DNA of 40,147 bases from a virus. Where the stretch lies: positions 1 through 40,147 of the IMG/VR virus record IMGVR_UViG_3300045988_143954. One strand, given 5' to 3'. A model generated the notes under the pieces. It was not told the origin of the DNA and searched no databases. It was given only the letters and a program-made list of their open reading frames with translations. Position 1 is the first letter of the stretch. Each line of letters opens with the position of its first letter. This document shows, piece by piece, positions 31,409 through 40,147 of this stretch. The translations under genes and the position numbers were made by a program.

Positions 31409-31926
31409 CGCAGCCCCCAGGTGAGTTTGTAGGGGTCGAGCTGTTCCTTCTCGATCTGCAGGAGCTGCAGTCCGAGGGGCGCGCCGCCTGCGGTCAGGTA
31501 GCTGACGGACGCGCCGTTGACGCTCTGGCTGGCCACGCCCGGCTGGGTGCGGGCGCGTTTGGCCAGGTTGCGGATCAGCTCGAGGATCTCGGGCACCTCC
31601 TCCGGGGGATACCCGTGGTTCAGGGCGACCTCGACGGCGCGCGGATGGTCGGGCCAATGGCCGGAGCGGAGCTGGATCAGGCCGGCTTCGCTCCAGTCGT
31701 AGGCGTCCTGGGCGAGCTCATTGCCCTCGATTTTGACGCTGGTGACGGAGTTGACGTGCCTGCTGGGCAGCATCAGGATCCGTCCGCCGTGAGAGTCGAG
31801 GACGAGGGTCTCGTCGAGTTCGGGGGCGACGTGCCATCCGCAGTAGCGTCTGACCGCGTTCTGCGCCGCCTTCTTCCACCATTGCGCGTCCAGTTCGGGG
31901 TTGGCGACCATATCGGGATAGATCAT
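31405..31926 (-). CDS. Head-tail connector (gp6-like adaptor, 173 aa)
   Basis: Position after the capsid module. Normal composition. Confidence 0.6.
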   Translation of the reverse strand: MIYPDMVANPELDAQWWKKAAQNAVRRYCGWHVAPELDETLVLDSHGGRILMLPSRHVNSVTSVKIEGNELAQDAYDWSEAGLIQLRSGHWPDHPRAVEVALNHGYPPEEVPEILELIRNLAKRARTQPGVASQSVNGASVSYLTAGGAPLGLQLLQIEKEQLDPYKLTWGLR

Positions 31927-31940
31927 GGCCGTCTCCTCCC

Positions 31941-32306
31941 CTATTGGATCTGTTCGAGGCTCTTGGCCGCGGCCATGGCGTCGAGCAGCGCGTTGAAGCT
32001 CGTGGCGAGCGCGTTGTACTTCGCGGCGAGCTGGTTGTACGCGGTGACGATCGCGTCGATCTCCGCCTTGGTGGGTGTGTCGGATACGGCGGCGACCGCG
32101 GTGTTGGCGTCGGTCGAGGCCTTGGCGATGGTGCCTTTGGCGGCGGTTTTGACAAGGCCCGGCGTAGTGGTGGTGGCTTCGCCGGGTGCTTCGCCGCCGG
32201 GTTTGACTGGGTTGCCCGATGAGTCGAACAGGGCCATGCGGCCGGTGGCCGCGTCGGGGTCCTTGGCCTGTTCGACGAGTTCGAACTGCGCTACGGGGCT
32301 GGTCAT
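31941..32306 (-). CDS. Hypothetical head-associated protein (121 aa, Ala/Thr-rich)
   Basis: Lies between the capsid and connector genes. ATGA overlap at 32303-32306. Confidence 0.6.
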   Translation of the reverse strand: MTSPVAQFELVEQAKDPDAATGRMALFDSSGNPVKPGGEAPGEATTTTPGLVKTAAKGTIAKASTDANTAVAAVSDTPTKAEIDAIVTAYNQLAAKYNALATSFNALLDAMAAAKSLEQIQ

Positions 32307-32515
32307 GCGCTCTTCCCCTTTCCCTTCGCCGTCTTGGCTTCGTCGGCGGTCATGACGCCGGCGATCGGCTCCGCCACCGGTTCGACCGGGTCGGGCGTGG
32401 AGGACGGGTGTTCGGCCATCGCCTGCCGGATGGTTTCGGCGGCGTGTCTGGGAGCGTCCTCGCGGCGGTATCGGACGCCGTTGATGACGATCATGTTGTC
32501 CTTGTTCGCGTTCAT
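32303..32515 (-). CDS. Hypothetical small protein (70 aa)
   Basis: MNANKDNMIVINGVRYRRED..., directly downstream of the capsid gene. Confidence 0.55.
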   Translation of the reverse strand: MNANKDNMIVINGVRYRREDAPRHAAETIRQAMAEHPSSTPDPVEPVAEPIAGVMTADEAKTAKGKGKSA

Positions 32516-32526
32516 CACGGCTCCGT

Positions 32527-33777
32527 TCACTCGGCCTCGAGGACGACGAAGTGGGCGGGTCGCCAGATGACCTGGGCGGCGCGTAGTTCGGCGCGCACGT
32601 AGGTCAGGTTGCGGCTGGCGTAGTCCTTGTGCTGGTTGAACGCCTCGACGGTCAGGCCGCTGCGGTCGAGCAGTGCCATCTGGCGGAAGTCGCCGATGAT
32701 GGCGGTGCCGGCGTCGATCTGGTCGCATTCGACGATCGGGCGGCTCCACACGGTGGTGGGGCCGGTGCCGAACGGGCCGTTGCCCATGAACCGCTTGTTG
32801 ACGTCCTCCATCAGGTCGATCTTCTCGGCGTCCTCGGGGTTCAGGAGGATCGCGTTGGCCTGCGCCCCGACCTTGCGGAGCTTGGTGAGGGACTGGCGGA
32901 TCGAGATGACGAGGTTGCGGGCCTCGTCACTGGTCTTGCTCCAATTGCCGGACTGTACGCCGGTGGTGTTGAGCAGGCCCTTGGGCTGGCCGCCGCTGCC
33001 GGTGCCGTTGAGGAGCATGTCGGCGAGCTTGAGGCCGAAGCTGTAGTCGAACTCGCCCTGCAGGAAGCTGGCGAGCGCCTGGTCGTCCTGGAGGAGCTGG
33101 TTGGTGACGGTGTAGCCGTCGGCGTAGTCGTAGACCTTGGCTTCGGCGAGTTCGGTGGTGAACGTGCTCTGCGGCTTCTGGGTGTCGCCGGAGTCGTCGC
33201 CGGTGTTCTCGGGGACGATGCCGGTGTTGCGGGTGACGCTGATGATCTGCAGGTAGTCGAAGTTGCCGCTGGTGGTGCCTCGGCTGATGTAGTCGAGGAG
33301 TGTGATCTCGGGCCGGTTGACCTGGTCGACGAGCGGCATGCGGATGTTGGGCAGGTGCGCGATCGGGGTGCCGATGGCGTTGCCGGCCTTGGACTGGAAG
33401 TAGTCGCTCATGCTGCCGATGCGGGTCTTCTCGATGCGGATGTCGCGGCCTGCGCCCAGGTCGTCGGCCTTGGAGTGCCACGCCTTGTAGGACGGGCCGT
33501 TGACGAAGCGCTGGCCGAGGTCGCTGCCCTTGAGGTCGGGGTCGTTCTCCTCGGCTTCGCCGGCGTCGATGGTCTTGCCAGTGTTGAAGAGGCCGTCGAG
33601 TCGCTTGGTGTTCTCCTCGGCGTCGTGCAGGGCCTTGACGAGGGTTTCGGCGGCGGTCATGTGCCCGTCGAACTCGGTCTGTTCGTCCTGGGTGAGGCCG
33701 CGGCCCTCGCCGGTGGCCTTGGCGAGGATGGAGCGTGCGGCTTCGCGGTGCTGTTCGATTTCGGTTTTGATGCCCAT
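32527..33777 (-). CDS. Major capsid protein, HK97 family (416 aa)
   Basis: N-terminal coiled-coil delta domain and typical length. Follows the prohead protease. Confidence 0.9.
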   Translation of the reverse strand: MGIKTEIEQHREAARSILAKATGEGRGLTQDEQTEFDGHMTAAETLVKALHDAEENTKRLDGLFNTGKTIDAGEAEENDPDLKGSDLGQRFVNGPSYKAWHSKADDLGAGRDIRIEKTRIGSMSDYFQSKAGNAIGTPIAHLPNIRMPLVDQVNRPEITLLDYISRGTTSGNFDYLQIISVTRNTGIVPENTGDDSGDTQKPQSTFTTELAEAKVYDYADGYTVTNQLLQDDQALASFLQGEFDYSFGLKLADMLLNGTGSGGQPKGLLNTTGVQSGNWSKTSDEARNLVISIRQSLTKLRKVGAQANAILLNPEDAEKIDLMEDVNKRFMGNGPFGTGPTTVWSRPIVECDQIDAGTAIIGDFRQMALLDRSGLTVEAFNQHKDYASRNLTYVRAELRAAQVIWRPAHFVVLEAE

Positions 33778-33808
33778 GGTGGGGTTTCCTTTCGATGATT
33801 GGTGGTGG

Positions 33809-34441
33809 TTAGAGGGTTTGGGTGGTCAGTTCGAGGAGGCGGAGACGATCCGCGTTGAGCGCGAGCGGGTCGTTTTTCGTCTCGGGTTCGGGCTGCTGGT
33901 CGGGCGCGAGGCCGAGGATCGCGGTTTTGGCGCTGACTTCGGTGGCCTGGTTCATGCCGATCGGGCAGATGCTGACCTCGTACAGGTCGATGCCGCGGAT
34001 CTCGTAGTAGCCGGGGTCGATGGCGCCGTCGTCGCGTTTGACGCCGTCGATCCACGCGCCTTCGGTGACGTCGTAGGCGAAGCTCATCTGGCTGACGCGC
34101 CCCTCCTTGAGGAGTTTGGCGACCTGTCGGCCGAGTTCGGTGCTCGTGTCGATCTGGCCGGCGACCTTGAGCCCGTGGTCGTCCTCCTCGGCGTGGGAGG
34201 TGAGGCCGAGGTTCTTGAACGGGTCGTTGACGTCGTGGTTCCAGTAGACGGGAATGCCGGCGCCGTCGTCCGGATACCGGTCGGCGAGGGTCTTGGCGAA
34301 CGCGCCCTTGACGACCTTGTCGCCGCCGAGGTCGATGTTGTCGAACACGCTGGCGTAGCCCTCGAATCCGACGGTCTCCTCGCCGTCCTCATTGGTGTTG
34401 ACCCGCGCCTTGACCGGCGTGCGGATCGTTTTGGTCAGCAT
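33809..34441 (-). CDS. Prohead protease, HK97 family (210 aa)
   Basis: EGYASVFDNIDLGGDKVVKGAF and VYWNHD are typical of the S78/U35 family. Confidence 0.85.
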   Translation of the reverse strand: MLTKTIRTPVKARVNTNEDGEETVGFEGYASVFDNIDLGGDKVVKGAFAKTLADRYPDDGAGIPVYWNHDVNDPFKNLGLTSHAEEDDHGLKVAGQIDTSTELGRQVAKLLKEGRVSQMSFAYDVTEGAWIDGVKRDDGAIDPGYYEIRGIDLYEVSICPIGMNQATEVSAKTAILGLAPDQQPEPETKNDPLALNADRLRLLELTTQTL

Positions 34442-35798
34442 GCGATGCTCCTTCCTTGGGGTGGGTTTGCAATATGACGCCGACGTGGTTGAGTACCCGC
34501 CTGACTTCGTCGACGGTGACGGATTTGCCGTCGTCGCGCGCCTCGAGCTGGCCGGTGTCGGCCTGGCCGCGGCTTTCGGTCTGCCCGTCGTATGGGCTGG
34601 TCTGGCCGCCGATGAGCACGTTGAGCGGGGTGACGAGCCCGTCGCCCTCCTCGAGCTTGGGCTTGTTGAGGACCTCGCGCGCCTCGTTGGTGGTCATGAC
34701 CGATCGGCCGGTGGCGGTGACGAGCGCCTGGAGCTGTGCGACGGGGTCGCCGCGCAGTTGGGCGTCGCGGTCGAATTCGAGGTAGAGGCCCTTGTCGTAG
34801 GTCTGCAGCCGGTCGCGCAGGCACAGGTTCAGCGTCTGTTCCAATGCGACGATGTACGGGTCGAGATAGGTGCCGTACATCATCTGCTTGAACGCGCTGA
34901 GGTTGCTGAAGTTGCCTTCGCGGATGCCGATGATCTCGGCCGGCACGCCGTACGCGTTGGCCACGTCGATCTTGACCTTGTCGCGGGCGTTGAGATCGTC
35001 GACGTCGATGGGTTTGAATCCCGATAGGGTGCTGGCGGTCATGCCGTCCTCGAGGAGGATCCCGCCGCCGGCGCCGGCGCCGCCACGGGTGAATTCCTTC
35101 ATGCTGGCCCGGAACCGGTTGCGGGCGGCGTCGCTGGACCAGTCGCGGTCGCGGCTGATGACGATCGGGCTGCGGATGCCGTGGCGGTTGACCTCGGCGC
35201 GGTACTCCATGCTCGCGTGGTATTCGTCGAGGATCCCGGCGAGGCGTTTGGGCATGGGGTCGCCGTTGGCGGACGCGTGCGCGTAGCCGACGTTCATGAC
35301 GATGGCGTCGCGGTGGATGTCGAGTTTGACGGTGTTGGTCTCGTCGACCCACACCTTGGCGCCGGTGGGTTCGTCCATCGCGTCGTGTGTGGGCTTCCAC
35401 CGGCGGGCGGGGATGCGTTTGAGCCTCAGCCGGTCGCCGTCGGTCTGGATTATCGCGAGGAACCGGTCGGACAGCAGACCGTCCTCGATCAGCGCGTACC
35501 AGAACTGGCTGGGCGGGATGGCTGGGTTGCCACTCGGGTTCTTGACGAGCTGGGCGAGCGGCCCCTCGCGGACCCGTTCGCGTCCGCCGTCGGGCATGCG
35601 CCGGTACACCTTGAGCGGGAGGGTGCTGATGTGGCGGGCGATGAAGTCGGTGACCTCGCGGATCGGGTGGGCCTCGACACCCTTGCCGGGCGGTGTGGCG
35701 TCGTAGTTGAGCAATGGGACGCCGGGGTCGACGAGTTCGATGCCGTTCGATGCGGCCCAGTCGTTGAGCTGTCCTCCGCTTTCCAGGATCAGGCTCAT
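34389..35798 (-). CDS. Portal protein, HK97 family (469 aa)
   Basis: Position and size. Start MSLILESGG at 35798 forms an ATGA overlap. The upstream part of the ORF is R-rich junk. Confidence 0.85.
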   Translation of the reverse strand: MSLILESGGQLNDWAASNGIELVDPGVPLLNYDATPPGKGVEAHPIREVTDFIARHISTLPLKVYRRMPDGGRERVREGPLAQLVKNPSGNPAIPPSQFWYALIEDGLLSDRFLAIIQTDGDRLRLKRIPARRWKPTHDAMDEPTGAKVWVDETNTVKLDIHRDAIVMNVGYAHASANGDPMPKRLAGILDEYHASMEYRAEVNRHGIRSPIVISRDRDWSSDAARNRFRASMKEFTRGGAGAGGGILLEDGMTASTLSGFKPIDVDDLNARDKVKIDVANAYGVPAEIIGIREGNFSNLSAFKQMMYGTYLDPYIVALEQTLNLCLRDRLQTYDKGLYLEFDRDAQLRGDPVAQLQALVTATGRSVMTTNEAREVLNKPKLEEGDGLVTPLNVLIGGQTSPYDGQTESRGQADTGQLEARDDGKSVTVDEVRRVLNHVGVILQTHPKEGASHADQNDPHAGQGAGQHQ

Positions 35799-36019
35799 AG
35801 CGTCTCCTCCGGGATGGCCTGCAGGTAGTCGATCTTGGATTCGGGCAGGAGGATGATCCCGTCCGCGCTCATGCTTCCGGTGACCGGATCGATCGCCTCG
35901 GCCCTTTTCAGCTCGACCCATCCGGCCGATGCGGCGGCGAGCAGGCCGCGCCAGGTGATCTGTCCGACGCGGATGGTGACGCGGCGGCCGATCTGGTCGC
36001 GTAGCGGGGTTCTGAACAT
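35795..36019 (-). CDS. Hypothetical small protein between terminase and portal (74 aa)
   Basis: RBS aaaggagg. Translation begins MFRTPLRDQIGRRVTIRVG... Confidence 0.6.
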   Translation of the reverse strand: MFRTPLRDQIGRRVTIRVGQITWRGLLAAASAGWVELKRAEAIDPVTGSMSADGIILLPESKIDYLQAIPEETL

Positions 36020-36030
36020 GTTCTCCTCCT

Positions 36031-37608
36031 TTAGAAGGTCATCACGTCGTAGGTTTCGTAGGCGCTGCGTTCGGGTTTCGGCGGCTCGCAGGTCTCCAGC
36101 GCGTACAGGGCGACGGTGATCGCGGCGACGCCGCCGATGTCGACGATCGACCGGCGGCGGTCCCACGCCTCGTTCTCGGCGATGACCTTGGTCAGTCCGC
36201 CCTCGATGGCCTGGTCGACGAGCGGCTGCGGCGCGTGCACGAGGCGTCCCTCGCGGACGCGGTCGCGCAGGCGTCCGGTGGCCAGGCCGATGTGGCTGCC
36301 GTCGATCTCGTGTACGGTGAAGCCGAGGTCCTTGAGCGGTTGGATGAATTCCATGGCCGGGCATCCCTTGGATTGGATGGCGACCTCCCACATGCCGCTC
36401 TCCTCGGCGAGGCGTTTCATGGCGTCTGGCACCCACATCAGTCCCCGGCGTCGTTCGCGCAGGCTGACGACGGGGTTGCCGTCCTCGTCGAGCACGGCGG
36501 CGGCGATCCAGCTGTGCGAACGGTCGACGCTCACGTCGACGCCCCATACGGTGCGCGCCCCTCGGGGGATGCGGATCTCGAACGGTTTGCGCATCGTGCT
36601 GTTCCAATCGTTGACGTCGATGTAGCTGTCGACCTTGGCCGTGACCCATTGGCATAGGTCTTCGGTCCTGTAATCCGCGTCGGTCATGCCTGAGATGTCC
36701 GACATGACGGTCTCGACGGTCAGCGCGCCGTACCCGATGCTCGGATTGGATTGCAGGATCGCGTCCAGGTCGTCCTTGGCGCATCCGTCGGGTGCGCTCC
36801 ATTCGAACAGGCCGAGCGAGCAGTCGTGCGATTCGGCGAAGTCGTCGACGCTCATGAGCCCGGAGGATACGAGCCTGTCCCATGTGGCGATGAAGTCGAG
36901 CGCCGCGTCCCGTTGCGTGGATAGGACGATGCTGCGGCTGTCGCCAGCGTTGCTGATGCCCCACAGCTGGCCGTTCCAGAAACTTTTGGTGGTGGGGCTG
37001 ACCGCCTTCCACGCGGTCCAGTCGGTCTGTTCCCTGAGCTCGTCCATGATGACGCGGGCGGCCGGTTTGCCTCGCGCGTTCCTTGCGGCGCGGATCTCGT
37101 AGTGGGCGAGATTCTTGGCCTTGATGTACTCCTTGCCGTTCGTGTCGGAGACCTTCGCGGTGGCCTCCTGCAGGTCGGCTATGGCGGCGTCGCGCTCGGC
37201 GTCGGTCTGTGGGTCGTTGTCGCACCAGAGTTTGACCGCGCTCCACGGTTCGCGGGCGATGTCGAGGTTCTGCGCGGTGCCGACGATCTTGAACTTGACC
37301 GGAGACGTGCGTTCCGGATGCCGGTTGCTGTCGATGAACAGCCACCAGGCGGCGAGCACGCTGACCAGCATGGTCTTGCCGTTCTGCCGCCCCACCAGTC
37401 CAATCACGCGACGGTACCGGTAGGTGACGCCGTCGTCGAGCAGTTCGAGCGCATGGATCAGCAGCCACTGCTGCCATGGGTAGAGTTCGATGCCCAGGAC
37501 TTCGCGGGCGAAGTCGATGACCTCATAGCCCAGGCTGGTGCGACGGGTCAGCTCGCGGAGAGGCCTGGTCCAGATGCGCGGCTCCTCGCGTCCGAGCATC
37601 CTGGCCAT
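36031..37608 (-). CDS. terL: Terminase large subunit (525 aa)
   Basis: LVGRQNGKT is a Walker A-like motif. Typical Terminase_1 layout and size. Confidence 0.9.
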   Translation of the reverse strand: MARMLGREEPRIWTRPLRELTRRTSLGYEVIDFAREVLGIELYPWQQWLLIHALELLDDGVTYRYRRVIGLVGRQNGKTMLVSVLAAWWLFIDSNRHPERTSPVKFKIVGTAQNLDIAREPWSAVKLWCDNDPQTDAERDAAIADLQEATAKVSDTNGKEYIKAKNLAHYEIRAARNARGKPAARVIMDELREQTDWTAWKAVSPTTKSFWNGQLWGISNAGDSRSIVLSTQRDAALDFIATWDRLVSSGLMSVDDFAESHDCSLGLFEWSAPDGCAKDDLDAILQSNPSIGYGALTVETVMSDISGMTDADYRTEDLCQWVTAKVDSYIDVNDWNSTMRKPFEIRIPRGARTVWGVDVSVDRSHSWIAAAVLDEDGNPVVSLRERRRGLMWVPDAMKRLAEESGMWEVAIQSKGCPAMEFIQPLKDLGFTVHEIDGSHIGLATGRLRDRVREGRLVHAPQPLVDQAIEGGLTKVIAENEAWDRRRSIVDIGGVAAITVALYALETCEPPKPERSAYETYDVMTF

Positions 37609-37611
37609 CCG

Positions 37612-37953
37612 TCACTCCTTCGACTCGTCGTCCTTCTTCCGCTGGGCCTCCATGAACCGTTCGATGCCCGTCTTCGGCCGGCCGTCCGCCGGTTTGGACG
37701 GGACCGGATCCACGTCGGGGGTCAGGCCGAGCGCCTGGCAGTACTTCAGGTAGGTGGGGATGCTCACGTTGTCCAACCTGCCGCTCTCGTCGCTCCCGTT
37801 GTTGGCCAGGAGCACGTCGATGCGCATGGCCAGGGCGCGAAGCGTGGCAACAGGTCCCGAATGGATGGCGCGCAGATGCTTCGCGTTCTGGATGGAACGC
37901 TCCGTGGCCTCGGCGACACTGAGAAAATCAGGAAACCTCGGCAAAGCGACCAC
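37612..37953 (-). CDS. terS: Terminase small subunit (P27-like)
   Basis: YLKYCQALGLTPD motif. AGGAGG abuts GTG 37953, so TTG at 37944 is the more likely start. Confidence 0.75.
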   Translation of the reverse strand: MVALPRFPDFLSVAEATERSIQNAKHLRAIHSGPVATLRALAMRIDVLLANNGSDESGRLDNVSIPTYLKYCQALGLTPDVDPVPSKPADGRPKTGIERFMEAQRKKDDESKE

Positions 37954-38081
37954 CTCCTAGATCGAAAACGGCGAAAACAGCGGGGACGATCAGAAAAACC
38001 AACGGAAAATCCGCTCCACATACCGCGCGCGCGACCCCCGCCGAACCCGTCGGGGAGAGAGAACACCTGCGGGCGCGGGAG

Positions 38082-38127
38082 GTGGGCAGGGCTTTATGGT
38101 CTGGAAATCCGAACGCCCCCTGCCCAC
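38082..38127 (-). terminator. Hairpin after the 115-aa gene
   Basis: gtgggcaggg (38082-38091) pairs with ccctgcccac (38118-38127). No U-tract. Confidence 0.35.
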
Positions 38128-38129
38128 GC

Positions 38130-38477
38130 TCAGACGCCGAGCGTCTGGTAGGTGACGGCGCCGGCGGAGGCCATGGAGTCAAGCAGTGAGTATGCGGCCT
38201 CGTCGCATTCGCCGACCCAGAGCATCGCGTCGGGCTTGTGGCCGCGCATCATGTCGGGCCTGCCGGCCACGCCGTCGAGCCTGCCGCCGTCGGTCGTGGT
38301 CAGCAGCAGGCGGCATCCGGACGTGGCGTTGCGGGCGAGCGTGTTCGGCTTGAGCCTGTGACGGATCTCGGTGGCCGCGGCGCGCACCGGCGGCATCCAT
38401 CTGCCGGCCACGAGCACGCGGCCGCCTTCGTTCATCGTCATCGCCAGTCGTTCGTAGATGCTCATGTCGTTGTCCAA
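38130..38477 (-). CDS. Hypothetical protein (115 aa)
   Basis: Lies between HNH and TerS. Normal composition. Confidence 0.6.
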   Translation of the reverse strand: MDNDMSIYERLAMTMNEGGRVLVAGRWMPPVRAAATEIRHRLKPNTLARNATSGCRLLLTTTDGGRLDGVAGRPDMMRGHKPDAMLWVGECDEAAYSLLDSMASAGAVTYQTLGV

Positions 38478-38492
38478 CGCTGGTCCTTTCGT

Positions 38493-38807
38493 TCACCACC
38501 ATGCGGGTATGACGTCGCCCAGGTCGAGCTTCGGCTGTCCGTTGCCGCGCTCACGGTTGCATTTGCGGTGCGCGTGGCGGAAGTTGGCCGGATCGTCCTG
38601 CAGCTCCTTGTAGAGGCTGACCGGATAGTAGTGGTCGAGCTCGTGACTCAGGTCGGTCGTGCCCGGCTCGGCGTGGTAGTCGATGCGCTTGTGGCAGATC
38701 CAGCAGTCGGCCGCCGGATCGCCCGCCGAGTCGAGACGCCGACCGTCCTCGAAGAACTCACGCCTGAGCCGTTCGAATCGTCGTGTGTGAGTGCGGTTGC
38801 CCATCAT
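38493..38807 (-). CDS. HNH endonuclease (terminase-associated type)
   Basis: CWICHKRIDY...HELDHYYP...HRKCN. Confidence 0.85.
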   Translation of the reverse strand: MMGNRTHTRRFERLRREFFEDGRRLDSAGDPAADCWICHKRIDYHAEPGTTDLSHELDHYYPVSLYKELQDDPANFRHAHRKCNRERGNGQPKLDLGDVIPAWW

Positions 38808-38822
38808 GGCTCCGGGTATGAG

Positions 38823-38864
38823 AAAGCCCCGGATCCGAAGAGTGGGGGATGGATTCCGGGGCTT
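38823..38864 (-). terminator. Leader hairpin between a promoter-like element and the HNH/late genes
   Basis: aaagccccggatcc pairs with ggattccggggctt (one bulge). It ends 16 nt before the HNH start codon. Confidence 0.45.
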
Positions 38865-38884
38865 GATGCATTGTCCGCTGTGTT

Positions 38885-38893
38885 TCTATACCA
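38885..38893 (-). promoter_or_regulatory. Extended -10 promoter candidate, TGgTATAGA
   Basis: The minus strand reads tttggtatagaaac, within the most A/T-rich part of this gap. Confidence 0.35.
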
Positions 38894-38971
38894 AACACCA
38901 GCTATAACATGTATACCGCGACAACGCCGTTTTTCACAGCACTTTTCGACCACGGCGTGTCGCCTTGCGTT

Positions 38972-39730
38972 TCAACAGTTTTCGACACCTTTTTTGAGCA
39001 GGTTTAAAATCCCGTCGATCCTCCATTCCCGACGGCCGTCCGGGTCGGCCGGACCGACCATGAGACGGCCCTCGCTGACCCACCGCTGGATCGTCCTCTT
39101 GGAGACCCTGAGCCCGATGCCGGTGAGCCATTTCGACAGTTCGCCAGCGGTCCCCCGATACCCGCTCGACCTGACCATCCTGACCGTGTCGGCCCTCAGC
39201 TCGGTCAGGTCGATCAGATGCCCGCACCCGCAGTACGCGTACAGGCTCTCGGCCGGCGCGTACACCTTCTCACCGCACGACGGGCACCATCCGGCCAGCG
39301 TGCGCGGCTCGCGCGGTATGAACATCCGCCACACGGCCTCCGCGAGCTCACGCCCGGACTCTGCGAACTGCACGGCGCCGGGAACGCCGTCGAGATCGGC
39401 CTCGGCCAATCCGGCGAGCATCTCCGAGGTCGTGGCGGACGACGACGGTCTCAACCCGGACAGCAGGCACAGGTTGATCGCGTACTCGCGGATCTCTCCC
39501 AGCAGGTCGAACGCGGACGGCGCCAACGGCAACGGGGCCTCGCCACGCGACAGCGACGGGCCGGCCTGCCGCGGCTGCGGGCTGGCCGTGCGGTCGGCCA
39601 CCGCCTGCAGGTCCGGAAGGAGCTGCATGATCTGACGTATGTCCGTCCGGTGAGCACGCTCGCAATGGGAGCAGATCGTGATCCTCTTGTTGAGCTGATG
39701 CCGATTGCACGCCGGGCAGGTCCTGGGCAT
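38972..39730 (-). CDS. Double zinc-ribbon plus HTH DNA-binding protein (252 aa), possible late-gene regulator
   Basis: CPACN...CSHCE and CPSCGE...CGCGH, plus a C-terminal HTH LRVSKRTIQRWVSEG. RBS ggagg lies 7 nt before MPRTCPAC at 39730. Confidence 0.7.
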   Translation of the reverse strand: MPRTCPACNRHQLNKRITICSHCERAHRTDIRQIMQLLPDLQAVADRTASPQPRQAGPSLSRGEAPLPLAPSAFDLLGEIREYAINLCLLSGLRPSSSATTSEMLAGLAEADLDGVPGAVQFAESGRELAEAVWRMFIPREPRTLAGWCPSCGEKVYAPAESLYAYCGCGHLIDLTELRADTVRMVRSSGYRGTAGELSKWLTGIGLRVSKRTIQRWVSEGRLMVGPADPDGRREWRIDGILNLLKKGVENC

Positions 39731-39797
39731 GATGCTACCTCCATAATCGTGTTCCGCTACATTCGTCATCGGCCTCATGCCCGCATCCCATTGTCCA

Positions 39798-40037
39798 TCA
39801 GATCTTCGGCCTACGCCACCGGCCACCCCACACACCGACCACCGGATACCCGCAGATCCTCTCGCGATCCGCGTACCCGGCGCACTCGTCCATCACCGGA
39901 CACGACTCGCAGACGCGTATGGCGGCATCCGCCACGGACCGGTCATCGGGGAAGAACAGATCCGGGTCCATGTCACGGCACGCGGCCAGCGAGCGCCATC
40001 GTTGTTCGTTGCGGTGTGGTTCGGTGGGGGCGGTCAT
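39798..40037 (-). CDS. whiB: WhiB-family transcription factor (79 aa)
   Basis: Four Cys in C-x(n)-C-x-x-C-x5-C (AACRDMD...VCESCPVMDEC) and a basic C-terminal tail GVWGGRWRR. Confidence 0.85.
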   Translation of the reverse strand: MTAPTEPHRNEQRWRSLAACRDMDPDLFFPDDRSVADAAIRVCESCPVMDECAGYADRERICGYPVVGVWGGRWRRPKI

Positions 40038-40147
40038 CGGTTGTCGGCTCCGTCCGCGTGTGCCCAGTCGCAGTCGATGGCGGACTCGCCCACCACGATG
40101 CAGTTGACGCGGCGCGTGTCCCGGAGCGTGGCCTGGCAGTCGTAGAC
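40034..40147 (-). CDS. 3' end of the junction-spanning lipoprotein gene (continues from 1-222)
   Basis: ...IDCDWAHADGADNR then TGA at 40036-40034, which overlaps the whiB ATG (ATGA). Confidence 0.6.
   Translation of the reverse strand, partial: VYDCQATLRDTRRVNCIVVGESAIDCDWAHADGADNR
40064..40147. repeat. Terminal overlap copy 2 (identical to 1-84)
   Basis: Same 84-nt string as 1-84. This indicates circular assembly closure or a short direct terminal repeat. Confidence 0.95.

Larger units (their letters stand above)
1..40147. mobile_element. Complete temperate siphovirus-type actinobacterial phage genome, circularly closed (unique length 40,063 bp)
   Basis: Full set of phage modules is present (integrase/attP, switch, replication, terminase, portal, HK97 capsid, tail, lysis). 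There is an exact 84-bp overlap between the window ends. Confidence 0.85.

Noticed and set aside
37954-38129. Candidate cos site in the GC-rich gap upstream of terS (cgcgcgcgcgacccccgcc...)
   Set aside because: The presence of HNH, TerS and TerL suggests cos packaging, but nothing in the sequence alone pinpoints the cohesive ends. The 84-bp window overlap lies elsewhere, inside a gene. This needs read-terminus analysis.
1-40147. Search for CRISPR arrays, rRNA genes, complete tRNAs, reverse transcriptase (retron/DGR) and transposases
   Set aside because: I saw no regularly spaced direct repeats, no rRNA-like segments, no RT or transposase motifs, and only a partial tRNA (the attP core).

Overview
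The window is a complete, circularly closed genome of a high-GC temperate siphovirus with an HK97-fold capsid. The host is an actinobacterium, inferred from a WhiB gene and the composition, and looks Bifidobacterium-like. Bases 1-84 are identical to 40064-40147, so the unique length is 40,063 bp and one small lipoprotein gene spans the junction. Nearly all genes are on the minus strand.

Minus-strand layout:
- Early/replication operon (5171 down to 219, continuing across the junction into the lipoprotein gene and whiB). It encodes SSB, a RusA-like resolvase, a replisome organizer with internal iterons, and an Orn-like exonuclease. The genes are chained by ATGA start/stop overlaps.
- A zinc-ribbon/HTH protein followed by a promoter plus hairpin, which may be a late-gene control module.
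- Packaging and structural genes: HNH, TerS, TerL, portal, prohead protease, major capsid, connectors, major tail protein, the G/GT chaperone pair, a 1114-aa tape measure, Dit and Tal-like proteins, and three tail proteins with SGNH-esterase-like domains.
- An insulated lysis cassette.

The more A/T-rich lysogeny side holds:
- a divergent-promoter genetic switch (5943-6641);
- self-contained accessory cassettes (6691-11086): an exonuclease-BRCT protein, two proteins I could not assign, and a small protein paired with an SDH/ClpP-fold serine protease;
- a tyrosine integrase next to an attP that carries the 3' part of a tRNA-Gly(UCC).

Past attP there are two small hydrophobic peptides, an Xis-like HTH protein, a perfect 28-bp hairpin, and a 3-gene plus-strand operon (unknown protein, second tyrosine recombinase, XRE HTH) driven by a consensus promoter with a palindromic operator. 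A plus-strand DUF2806-like gene sits between the tail fibers and the lysis genes.

The best candidates for an undescribed system are the accessory cassettes at 6691-11086 and the recombinase operon at 13796-15514. No function can be proven from sequence alone. All homology calls come from motif recognition by eye, not database searches.
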